A DNA stretch of 64,000 nt from Fidelibacterota bacterium (GTDB lineage: Bacteria; Fidelibacterota; UBA8477; JABMPR01): assembly GCA_021734325.1 (NCBI GenBank), contig JAIPJF010000006.1, positions 35,692 to 99,691 of the forward strand, written 5' to 3'. Within the stretch, counting starts at the first letter, position 1. Each line of letters begins with the position of its first letter. Positions 1-8,739 of this stretch are shown in pieces. Below the pieces are notes generated by a model. That model did no database searches, was not told where the DNA came from, and saw only the letters and a list, made by a program, of their open reading frames with translations. Made by a program: the position numbers and the translations under genes.

Positions 1-1900
1 CTGCCCAGTCTATCCATCTTACCCGACTTAAACCAAAGATGTATAGGGCATTTCCTTCAACATCAACCTGATAATTCAGAACACCCTCGTTGCTCACTGT
101 CAGGTCACCCATCTGCTCCAAGTCAAGTGATCCAGTAAATGTCGGCAAGACACCACCTGGTATGTATCTGGCCAATTCGACAGGCATGCTCACTCTGGAT
201 TGGTCGCCATGACAATCTGTACATTCACGGAGAGCCCACTTCCCATTTGTCACATCGTGATTGATCTTAAAGGGTTGGACATCTCCTTGAATACTGAGCT
301 TAGTCAGCCCCAGAGCCTCAAGATTTTCCTTTACACGCCGTTCTTTTTCTGGCTTATCCAGACGCAGTTCAGTCTCAGAAATATGGTTATCATGGTCGGC
401 ATCAAAGACCTCCAGGATATCAGGACGATAGCGATCCCCTTCAAAAAACGCCTTCTCGAGATCTGTCAGGCGAACCGGCATTTGCGGATCCCCATAGACC
501 CAATACCATGAACTGACAAGATTGTAAGGGGTCAATTTCATTTGGCCTTTTGAGTCCTGCCGAGGAAGGAGGACAGGTTCAAAGCCATAGATAAGGCTTT
601 TAATGTTCTTGGGGTCACCTTCGGCACCGCGACAATCATGACTGCCTTTTTTCTCGGTGGTCAGAACGGTCCAGTCGATCTGCTCGTAGGCTGGTCCGTA
701 CATTTTTGGAATATGACAACTCTCACAACTAACTTTTTGGAAATGGGCATCCTTGTACGGGAGCCAATCATGAGCCGTATTCGGGTCATGACACGCATCA
801 CAGGTACGCATCCCTGCAATGATTTCAGCATCTTCTGCTTCATCGGGGACCTTGGAAAATTCATGCGATGGACGATACAGATAGTCGACAACATCAATAC
901 GCCGGGCATCAAATATGAGGTGTTCAAGACGATGCTCTTCAGAATCCCGGTAATAAATGGGATTATTTGAGGAGGGGTGACAATCCACACATTTTACTGC
1001 GCGCTCAGCATGAACATCCCAGGAGCGGGATATTTTCTCTTTGTCCTTCAAATTCAATCCGGTCCGGTTGATCAGATGGGGACCAATAATCTCTCCCCGG
1101 GTTGCTGTATTCCAGTCGCAGCTGGTGAGTCCTTTTTTCTCATCCCCGGCTGTGAAGATCAGACCATGACATTGAGCACAGTTTGCGTTTGAGGGATCAG
1201 AGGGTGTAAAATATTCATGTTTTACTTCACCATTTTTTGTAAAGGCGGTCTGATTCCAGCTGAATTTCGAGCCTCTTTTTTCAACGATACCAGTCCGTAA
1301 CAGGGTTGCTGTGTTGGCCCACTGGAAATGACCCTTCTCAAGGGATTCAATTCTGGCTGTATTGTCAGGATTCGGCATGTGGCAGAGGAAACAGTTCATT
1401 TCAACCACGCCCGATTTCTTCCAATCCCATGTTTGTGAGCTTTCATTCTGGTCCAAAGGTATTCCCTCTGCATCAAACGCCGCCGGCCCTCCTCCGACAT
1501 GACGAAAACCCTGCGACATGATCCATTCGGCCTGATTCAGGTCTGGAAAACTGTCCTCTTCTGGTGAATAGTATCTGTATGAAATGGGATTCCAGGCGGC
1601 GAAATAACCCTTCCCCATATCCCAGGAGTAGTTCTTCTCTGCTGCTTCGATGTGATCCAGGGTTGACAGCCCCACATCTGCATGCTGACTATGGGAACTG
1701 ATGAATTCGGTATCATGGCAGGTACCACAGGTGTTCATGGTTGAAAGCGCCTTTCCCGTGACCAGGACATTCTGACCATTCTTATCCAAAAGTTTAAATA
1801 GAGGATGAAGAGCGGGCGTTTTCGCTGTCAGACTTTGAATGACCATTAGTAAAAGCAGTGAACCACTCAAGAGAGATTTTTTCAGTCTAATCATTTTCAT
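1..1900 (-). CDS. Multiheme cytochrome c, at least 7 hemes, runs off the left edge (3' end not in window)
   Basis: Not in the ORF track because it has no stop in the window. Manual translation from ATG 1900 (ATGA overlap with the upstream stop) gives MKMIRLKKSLLSGSLLLLMVIQSLTAK (signal-like), then CGTCH, CFLCH, CAQCH, CVDCH, CDACH, CESCH, CTDCH in one open frame down to base 1. Confidence 0.9.
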   Translation of the reverse strand, partial: MKMIRLKKSLLSGSLLLLMVIQSLTAKTPALHPLFKLLDKNGQNVLVTGKALSTMNTCGTCHDTEFISSHSQHADVGLSTLDHIEAAEKNYSWDMGKGYFAAWNPISYRYYSPEEDSFPDLNQAEWIMSQGFRHVGGGPAAFDAEGIPLDQNESSQTWDWKKSGVVEMNCFLCHMPNPDNTARIESLEKGHFQWANTATLLRTGIVEKRGSKFSWNQTAFTKNGEVKHEYFTPSDPSNANCAQCHGLIFTAGDEKKGLTSCDWNTATRGEIIGPHLINRTGLNLKDKEKISRSWDVHAERAVKCVDCHPSSNNPIYYRDSEEHRLEHLIFDARRIDVVDYLYRPSHEFSKVPDEAEDAEIIAGMRTCDACHDPNTAHDWLPYKDAHFQKVSCESCHIPKMYGPAYEQIDWTVLTTEKKGSHDCRGAEGDPKNIKSLIYGFEPVLLPRQDSKGQMKLTPYNLVSSWYWVYGDPQMPVRLTDLEKAFFEGDRYRPDILEVFDADHDNHISETELRLDKPEKERRVKENLEALGLTKLSIQGDVQPFKINHDVTNGKWALRECTDCHGDQSRVSMPVELARYIPGGVLPTFTGSLDLEQMGDLTVSNEGVLNYQVDVEGNALYIFGLSRVRWIDWA

Positions 1901-3348
1901 TTCACACCTCCTGCCAAACGACGGCTGCCATGGGTGATCGGGTCACCATCAAATCCCAATTGCTGCCAATCCAGTCGACCGGCATCGCTGTGACAATCAA
2001 TGCAGCGCAGTGCTTCCTCTTTTGGTGCGACCATGTGGCTTGTCGCCCAATAGAAGGAGGTTGGAGCGAAATTGTATTTCCCTGAATAGGCCAGACCTGA
2101 ATTTTCAGCACCAAGCCTGAGGGCAAGGTCCCAGTCGAACTCGGTCCAGAATCCACCTTCACCCACCGTCTTGGGTAAAAGAAAATAATTGTACTTTGTA
2201 TCGTAGACCTGTTTTCCATAATGAACTTTGAAAGGCCAGATCTTTGCTTCGCGATCCTTGATGTTTCCGTTGGGTAGATTAAAAGGAGTGGTAATTGTGG
2301 GATCCATAATATCCCCTTTGAGGTACCTTTTTGTCGTTCCATTGTACCATATGTATTCAGGGGCATGGTTCTTCTCATAAACGAAGGAACCTTTGATCTT
2401 GAGATATTGGTGGGCATTTTCCGGTCTATCCTGACCGGCAGTTGACCAATCCCAGTTAATTTTGGTAGCTTCCTTCCTCGCCATGGAGGGGATGTGGCAA
2501 GTTTGGCAGGCAACGGTTTCAGTATGCTCATTCAATCTCATGTCTGAATGGGGTTTTTCAGCATGACAGTCTGTACACAGCACCTGATTGTCCTTATTCA
2601 GATTACCGACACTCACCGAAGAAGCGCGACCTCTGATCTTGTGATCTGTGCTCCTGTGACAGGTGATACACTGGAAGTCATATCTACCCATATGGACGTC
2701 AATATATTCTGAGGGATATTTCAGGCTTTCATCAAGATCACCATGTTTAACGGCATTTCCACCCCCACCATCAAAATGGCATCCCCCACAATTTTCCCGG
2801 TTTGGAGAGCCGACACTTTTTGCAGCAGCAAGGAGATCAACCCCTTTTTCTGGCAGCCCTTCCTTACTCTTCTTGTAGCCACCGGAAAGGTCATGACAAA
2901 CCAGGCAGTCGACATTTTCATCCTTTGAAAAATCATACTCTGCATCTTTCCATCCATAGCCGGCATGACAGGCAGTACAGGCAGGCCAGTTGCTTTCAAT
3001 ACTGATGCAAAAATTATTGATGGCATTTTTCTTTCCCAGGGTCACCATGCGGTCGTGATCGGGAGAATAAACAGAATCACTTTCCCATGTGTAGTGGGAC
3101 GTGTGTCTAACCTGATTCCCGGCATCTGGATGACAGACCAGGCAGGCCCGGGTAACTTCCTGGCCAGTGGTCAACGAATCATTCATCAGGGAGCTGTGGT
3201 CCACATGTGGATTTACAACGGAAAGTTTACTGTGGGGGTCATCAACTGGAGGTGTTTTGCCCGGGATGGCCACCAGAATGGGAATTATTATAATGGCCAG
3301 GGAAATACTGGTTCCAATTAGCCAGGTTCGATTTGAGTCTCTCATCAT
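1897..3348 (-). CDS. otr: Octaheme c-type cytochrome, tetrathionate reductase (OTR) family
   Basis: Eight CxxCH motifs (CLVCH, CTACH, CLVCH, CGGCH, CITCH, CTDCH, CQTCH, CIDCH), GKKNAINNFCIS segment typical of the OTR family, N-terminal hydrophobic anchor. Confidence 0.85.
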   Translation of the reverse strand: MMRDSNRTWLIGTSISLAIIIIPILVAIPGKTPPVDDPHSKLSVVNPHVDHSSLMNDSLTTGQEVTRACLVCHPDAGNQVRHTSHYTWESDSVYSPDHDRMVTLGKKNAINNFCISIESNWPACTACHAGYGWKDAEYDFSKDENVDCLVCHDLSGGYKKSKEGLPEKGVDLLAAAKSVGSPNRENCGGCHFDGGGGNAVKHGDLDESLKYPSEYIDVHMGRYDFQCITCHRSTDHKIRGRASSVSVGNLNKDNQVLCTDCHAEKPHSDMRLNEHTETVACQTCHIPSMARKEATKINWDWSTAGQDRPENAHQYLKIKGSFVYEKNHAPEYIWYNGTTKRYLKGDIMDPTITTPFNLPNGNIKDREAKIWPFKVHYGKQVYDTKYNYFLLPKTVGEGGFWTEFDWDLALRLGAENSGLAYSGKYNFAPTSFYWATSHMVAPKEEALRCIDCHSDAGRLDWQQLGFDGDPITHGSRRLAGGVK

Positions 3349-3411
3349 TCCTCTATTTGTCTAAGCATGTTTGGGTGTGTCATTTTGGTGGATGGTTGTG
3401 AACCCCTGGTC

Positions 3412-3732
3412 TTATTCGGATCGCTCGTTGATCAGATCATGTTCATTCTGGATGATATCCAGTTTTATTGAACGCATGATATCCAGAGCTTGAATGATGC
3501 GTTGATAGCGGAGTGTGTAAATCACAAACGGACCTTCTCGAAGCGTTGTCACAATGCCCTGCTCCCGCAGGATCTTGAGATGTCTGGAAGTGGTTGCCTG
3601 GGGCAGGGCTAGCTGCTCAGCCAGCTCATTGACATGACAAGGTTTTTTGTCGAGAGCATAGAGTAATTCGATACGAGTCGGGTCTGCAATCGCCTGACAA
3701 AGGTTGGCATGAAGGCCGGCAGCACTATCCAT
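3412..3732 (-). CDS. ArsR/SmtB family transcriptional regulator
   Basis: IADPTRIELL...VNELAEQL...QATTSRHLKILREQGIV HTH signature; AGGAG RBS 8 nt upstream. Confidence 0.9.
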   Translation of the reverse strand: MDSAAGLHANLCQAIADPTRIELLYALDKKPCHVNELAEQLALPQATTSRHLKILREQGIVTTLREGPFVIYTLRYQRIIQALDIMRSIKLDIIQNEHDLINERSE

Positions 3733-3753
3733 TGAAGCATCTCCTTATAGCAC

Positions 3754-3775
3754 CATATTCGCTTATCCGAATATG
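3754..3775. promoter_or_regulatory. Palindromic operator upstream of arsR (probable ArsR box)
   Basis: Perfect inverted repeat CATATTCG-cttatc-CGAATATG just upstream of the arsR RBS. Confidence 0.6.
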
Positions 3776-4076
3776 CCATCATTCCATAATAATTGACTTA
3801 ATGTTATATAAAAAGCAAATAATGCTTAAAAACTAATATTGCTTATTAGCATTATATAAAAATCAAAGCTGTCTAAGTCCATGTTAGGCGTGGTTTTCTA
3901 GAAGTGTGTCAAAAATGGGGAGAGGGAAATATTGTCCACCGAAGCCATTCTATTTCATTTTTAATGATTGGATATTTCTTGCCAATTTTCCAGGAATCCC
4001 TATACTAGAGCCATCTGACAATCCATATAAATCATTTTATATGTTTTTCATGTCAATCTTAAAAAAAGGAATTACG

Positions 4077-4661
4077 ATGAGAACACTTGGTATCTTTTTA
4101 CTGTTGTTAAGTAGTAGCCTGTTCGCAGGGCTTCCCCTTGGCGCAAATGCACCACGGCTGGATCTTTCCGGCGATGCTGGCGGTAGAGTGGATGACACTG
4201 CCTGGAGTAGTACTGAACTGGTTGGAAAAGTATGGGTCGTGGTTCACGCTGATCCCGATGAAAGCGAAATGAACAACGCGGCGACAGAGGCCCTGAAGGC
4301 GAAAGATTATGACCTGGATTACTACGGCTCCGTTGCTCTGATCAACATGGCGGCGACCTGGAAACCAAATTTTGCCATCAACTTGATCCTGGCAGGTAAA
4401 CAGGAGGATTATCCCAGCACTGTTTATGTCCGTGATAACGACAACAAGGTTGGCAAGGTCTGGGGGCTGGCTGACGACTCGAACAATATTGTTGTCTTTG
4501 ATCCAACAGGTAAAGTGATCTTTAGTGTGGATGGAAAGCTCTCTGCTGCCAACATCGAAGAGATGATCATGTTGATCGATGATGAAATCGAAAAACTGAT
4601 GAATCCCCCTGTGGAAGAGGAAGTCACGCCGGCTGAAGAAGCTGCTCCTGAGGAGGGATAA
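4077..4661 (+). CDS. ytfJ: YtfJ family periplasmic protein (thioredoxin-like fold)
   Basis: Signal peptide MRTLGIFLLLLSSSLFA, W.S..L.GKV...and VF D.TGKV.F..DGKLS motifs. AAGGA RBS favours ATG 4077 over the ORF-track start 3906. Confidence 0.7.
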   Translation: MRTLGIFLLLLSSSLFAGLPLGANAPRLDLSGDAGGRVDDTAWSSTELVGKVWVVVHADPDESEMNNAATEALKAKDYDLDYYGSVALINMAATWKPNFAINLILAGKQEDYPSTVYVRDNDNKVGKVWGLADDSNNIVVFDPTGKVIFSVDGKLSAANIEEMIMLIDDEIEKLMNPPVEEEVTPAEEAAPEEG

Positions 4662-4693
4662 ACTTTTCGCTTAAAGCGGTATGCTCAATTTAC

Positions 4694-4726
4694 ATAAAAG
4701 ACCGTCTCAGTGAGGCGGTCTTTTTA
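4694..4726 (+). terminator. Intrinsic terminator after ytfJ
   Basis: AAAAGACCGTCTC-agt-GAGGCGGTCTTTTT hairpin followed by a T-tract. Confidence 0.8.
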
Positions 4727-4997
4727 TTTGCATCACTCCCCACAGATATTTTGCGCTGGAGAATCTCCTGGGGTTGAGTTAGAACGTTATCACAGATACA
4801 TGACAAATATGGTGATTCTGGATAATCATTTTCTGTTGGGGTCTCCTTAACGGGAAATCACTGCACAGAGAAGCGCTAGCTTAATTAACTGGACAACGCT
4901 AACGTGTTGTTTAACTTCGCCCTGAATTCATCCTAAATATTCTGAAAACTTCTGATGATATTCATTTATCGTCAATGTGTTAAATGAAAGCAAAGCA

Positions 4998-5978
4998 ATG
5001 AGCAAAAAACAGCTTTTCGTCTTAATCCTTTCAAGTCTGGTAATCTTGTTCTGTCTTATGGTTACCTGGGAATTTCTCCTTGAGCCATATATTAATTCTG
5101 CTTCAGGTACTGAGGAGGAATCATACTCTGAGAGATGGGAATACGTGCTGACATCCATGACCCTTGCAGCGCTCGCCTTATTGATTCCAATCTGGCAAGG
5201 ATTAAAACAGATAGCTAGAAATGTAGAAACAGACAGGCTCTTAAAGGAAGGTGAAAAGAAATTCCATCAAGCACAGAAATTGGAAGCTCTGGGAACGATG
5301 ATCAATGGTATTGCCCATGAGTTAAATAATGTCCTGCAGGGAATTTTTCTTTACGGCGAGATACTGGAAAATCAGATAAGTGATGAGAAGAGCAAAACGA
5401 GTTTAAAAGCCATCATGGACAATACTGAGCACGCGAAGAAGATAGTGTCACAGATTATGATTTTTAGCCATCAGTCCGAAACAAATTTTAAAACATATAG
5501 TCTTCAGTCCATCCTTCGTGAATCAATTGAGCTTCAAAGGGCTCTGATGTCGTCTCAGTTCGAGATCATAGAAGAGTATAAAGCTGATCGTAGTCAGATT
5601 CGATGCGATTTAATACAAATGCAACAGATATTAATGAATCTGTACAACAATGCTCACAGTGCTATGCCAGATGGCGGCAAGTTAACCATCCGTCTCAAGG
5701 AAATAATTTCTCCTGATGAAAATGGAAGGGGCGTGGCTAAGCAGGGGCAGACATTTCTGGAGTTAAGCATCTCAGATACAGGGGTCGGGATGGATGAGGA
5801 AACGCTCCAAAAAGTATTTGATCCATTCTTCACGACGAAAGAGATAGGTGAAGGTACTGGTTTAGGCATGTCTGTAACCCATGGCCTGATAGAGCAGATG
5901 GGGGGCACCATTACGGTAACAAGCGAAAAGGGAGTAGGTAGCACCTTCACGATACATCTGCCAATTATTTGTGATTAA
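4998..5978 (+). CDS. Membrane-bound sensor histidine kinase (HisKA + HATPase_c)
   Basis: Two TM helices, H-box GIAHELNN, N-box QILMNLYNNA, G1 ISDTGVGM, F-box VFDPFFTTK, G2 GTGLGMS. Confidence 0.9.
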   Translation: MSKKQLFVLILSSLVILFCLMVTWEFLLEPYINSASGTEEESYSERWEYVLTSMTLAALALLIPIWQGLKQIARNVETDRLLKEGEKKFHQAQKLEALGTMINGIAHELNNVLQGIFLYGEILENQISDEKSKTSLKAIMDNTEHAKKIVSQIMIFSHQSETNFKTYSLQSILRESIELQRALMSSQFEIIEEYKADRSQIRCDLIQMQQILMNLYNNAHSAMPDGGKLTIRLKEIISPDENGRGVAKQGQTFLELSISDTGVGMDEETLQKVFDPFFTTKEIGEGTGLGMSVTHGLIEQMGGTITVTSEKGVGSTFTIHLPIICD

Positions 5979-6336
5979 CCATGTGTGTCGAAGATAAAAT
6001 CCGTTTGAGATCATTTCTCTCAAGCCACTGAGGTCTTCCATTGTTTGTGAAACTTCTGTGGGGTTTATCATCGTCTCCTCCCCTTCACTGATAAAACTTA
6101 TCTGGATGCCAATTTAGAAAAGCTAACGATCGCTCCTGTTATAGAGCCTTCCTTTGTGCAGATGGTAGTGGCAACTCTCATAAATAGTCATTATATATAA
6201 TGCGATTTGTTCTCTCATGTGAAATGACATGCCTTACTACCAAACCTGTGCAAATCAGGATATGGGGGAAACGCATTTGGGAAAAACACCTCTAATAAAG
6301 ATTATTCTTTGGAATGGCTTGAACATGGTGTTTTGT

Positions 6337-8043
6337 ATGAGACCAATTTTAATTCTGATAGTTGCTCTAATTGCTGCTTCTTCTATCAATGCTCAATGGC
6401 CCACAACTCCTGACAGTATGTATGTTCCTCCAGTTGGCAATTTACCTGGAAATGTTTCGCCTACAATAATGCTACCGGTTGCAGATAAAGAAAACGGTTT
6501 ATTTTTGAGCCATACAGATGGGGGATATGGTATTCAGCATATGGGGATGAATGGGGAGTTACTCTGGGGTCAATCGGGAGTGAATGTCCATCCCATTCAG
6601 CACGACTACCCATATCTAATGGATCTGGAACCGGGCCCCAACGGAAGTTTATATGTATTATATGTGGATACTGAAATTTGGTGGGATGAAACTTTATATT
6701 ACAGACCTTATTTCTGTTTGACACACTTTGATAAGTACGGTCAACTTTCCTGGAATGAACCCTTCCGGTTAGCTGCTGATAGTGTGAATGCAAATTTAAT
6801 AAATCCTAAAATGGGTGATTTGATTCATGATCCTAGTGCTGAAGGGGTGTTCATTCACTGGCGGGATTTTGATTCCACGACATTTTACTACAAAGATAAA
6901 ATTCAATATATCCACAATAAAGGAAGTTACCCAGAGGAGCAATATCAACAAAACGGTATATGGTTGGACGCACCAGATAAAGGAATCCCTCATTTATGGT
7001 TATCAGAAGTAAAGGGGATATTTATTAATGAAAATTTAAGCTTTGATGTGTTTGTTTCAGCTAGTGACACAGCCCTTTATTTTCAAAAATATGATGCAAC
7101 AGGAGATCCGATACTGGTCGGTCCCGGAGTAAAGGTCAGTCCAGATATTTTTAGCTTCAAAAATCAGACTGTGCGACCACAGCGATATAAAGATGATCTA
7201 TATATAGTCACAAAGGGGGCAAAATTACAGATTGTCAACTCAAACGGCATCGATCAGCTCTCTCAAGCAGAAGTGGAGGCTATTGGTAGCGTTGCAAGAG
7301 CTATTGTACCAAAGGATGGTGAAAATGCAGAGTTTTTTACTTGGTCAGCAAGACTGGATTCCATCACAAATGAATTTGCCCTCATCTATCAGTGGTATGA
7401 CTCGAATCTAAACAAACAATATGGTCCTGATGGGATCACGATTGACACATTGGATGGATTTAATTGGAGACACCTGTATTACACACCTGGCCCAGATAAT
7501 TCTGTTTACGTTTGCAGAACTTTTCAAAATGATAAAAGATTATATGCTCAGAGATTTAACCGGGATGGTTCGATGTGGAGTGACTGGAAACTCCTTCATT
7601 CAAAGGAGTGGCATCATATATGGGAAGATTTTACATACACTGTCGTGACAACCGACGGATCATTTATAGTGCCGATCTACAATGGTTCTGAGATTGGCTT
7701 GGTTAGGATTAGGCCTGACGGGTCGTTGGGCGCTCCCGTTGGCATTAAGCCGGATGATTTAATCCCGAGGCAATTTAAGCTTGGAGCTCCATATCCAAAT
7801 CCATTCAATTCTAGCCTAGCGTTTCAATACCAGCTAAACACCTTTGATTTGATACATACGGATGCTTTTGATCTCAAAGGAAGACACATCTTGTCTGCCA
7901 ATCATAATGGCAAACCTGGGTCCAATAGGCTGACAATTGATTTTTCGTCCGTCGAAAGACCATCAGGCGTTTATCTGATTAGTGTTTGGCTTGCTTCAAA
8001 TCCGGAATTAAAGCAAGTCGTCAAAGCTACATACATGAAATAA
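6337..8043 (+). CDS. Secreted protein with C-terminal T9SS type A/FlgD-Ig-like sorting domain
   Basis: Signal peptide MRPILILIVALIAASSINAQ; C-terminal YPNPFNS...YQL...DLKGR...SGVYLI motif; N-terminal ~480 aa not recognised. Start chosen from the signal peptide (ORF track starts at 6229). Confidence 0.75.
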   Translation: MRPILILIVALIAASSINAQWPTTPDSMYVPPVGNLPGNVSPTIMLPVADKENGLFLSHTDGGYGIQHMGMNGELLWGQSGVNVHPIQHDYPYLMDLEPGPNGSLYVLYVDTEIWWDETLYYRPYFCLTHFDKYGQLSWNEPFRLAADSVNANLINPKMGDLIHDPSAEGVFIHWRDFDSTTFYYKDKIQYIHNKGSYPEEQYQQNGIWLDAPDKGIPHLWLSEVKGIFINENLSFDVFVSASDTALYFQKYDATGDPILVGPGVKVSPDIFSFKNQTVRPQRYKDDLYIVTKGAKLQIVNSNGIDQLSQAEVEAIGSVARAIVPKDGENAEFFTWSARLDSITNEFALIYQWYDSNLNKQYGPDGITIDTLDGFNWRHLYYTPGPDNSVYVCRTFQNDKRLYAQRFNRDGSMWSDWKLLHSKEWHHIWEDFTYTVVTTDGSFIVPIYNGSEIGLVRIRPDGSLGAPVGIKPDDLIPRQFKLGAPYPNPFNSSLAFQYQLNTFDLIHTDAFDLKGRHILSANHNGKPGSNRLTIDFSSVERPSGVYLISVWLASNPELKQVVKATYMK

Positions 8044-8100
8044 TACTGCATTATCTTAGCTTACATTTAAGCAGATGAATCCACAAAAAATACTCTTGTT

Positions 8101-8120
8101 ATAAGTGAATGTTCATTTAT
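8101..8120. promoter_or_regulatory. Probable TetR operator 1
   Basis: Imperfect palindrome ATAAGTGAATGTTCATTTAT upstream of tetR; its 12-nt core recurs reversed at 8724-8735. Confidence 0.55.
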
Positions 8121-8129
8121 TATAGAGCC

Positions 8130-8702
8130 ATGAGAGTCAAAGACGAAATAAAACAAGAGGCAATTATTCAGGCAACGGTAGATCTGGTGAACGAGATCGG
8201 TTTCGTTTCCAGTTCTGTTGCCAAAATTGCCAAAAGAGCCAATGTTTCTCCGGCGACGATTTATATCTACTATCAAAACAAGGAAGACCTCCTCGTTTCA
8301 ACCTATATGCAGATAAAAACCTGCCTCGGCCAGGCCCTGATGGATCACTTTGACCCTTCCTTTCCCGTTCGCGACGCCCTGATGAACGCAGGAATCAACC
8401 TGTTCAACTATATTTCCAAGCATGCTGACATGTTTTATTTCACCGAACAGTTTGCCAATTCCCCCTACAATGACCTGGTGGACAAGACAGAGATAGAGCA
8501 GGTTTTTCAACCCTTATTCGATATGCTCAAACGGGGTATTAAAGAAAAGATCATCAAGGATGTACCAGTTGAGCTCCTGCATTCACACCTGTATTACCCT
8601 ATCTTCAATCTGGCCAATCCCCGGCTGAATCCAAACTTCAAGGCAAGCCCAAAAGATATCGAGCTGGCGATGTCCATGGCCTGGGACGCAATTAAACTGT
8701 AA
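8130..8702 (+). CDS. TetR/AcrR family transcriptional regulator
   Basis: IIQATVDLVNEIGF...VAKIAKRANVSPATIYIYYQNKEDL HTH signature. Confidence 0.92.
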   Translation: MRVKDEIKQEAIIQATVDLVNEIGFVSSSVAKIAKRANVSPATIYIYYQNKEDLLVSTYMQIKTCLGQALMDHFDPSFPVRDALMNAGINLFNYISKHADMFYFTEQFANSPYNDLVDKTEIEQVFQPLFDMLKRGIKEKIIKDVPVELLHSHLYYPIFNLANPRLNPNFKASPKDIELAMSMAWDAIKL

Positions 8703-8721
8703 AATTTTTTAACAGGATAAC

Positions 8722-8739
8722 TGAATGAACATTCATTTT
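8722..8739. promoter_or_regulatory. Probable TetR operator 2, overlapping the MBL gene start
   Basis: AATGAACATTCA (8724-8735) is the exact reverse complement of TGAATGTTCATT (8106-8117). Confidence 0.55.

Noticed and set aside
200-1728. Short ORFs listed in 200-1728 on both strands
   Set aside because: They are shadows of the long minus-strand multiheme cytochrome frame, which the track missed because it has no stop in the window.
3790-3865. AT-rich nested inverted and direct repeats (ATAATGCT/AGCATTAT, TTATATAAAAA twice) between arsR and ytfJ
   Set aside because: They are short and low-complexity in a divergent promoter region, so they cannot be separated from chance or ordinary promoter elements.
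4740-4930. Possible gene remnant between the ytfJ terminator and the histidine kinase
   Set aside because: Frames I translated gave only short fragments with no recognisable similarity.
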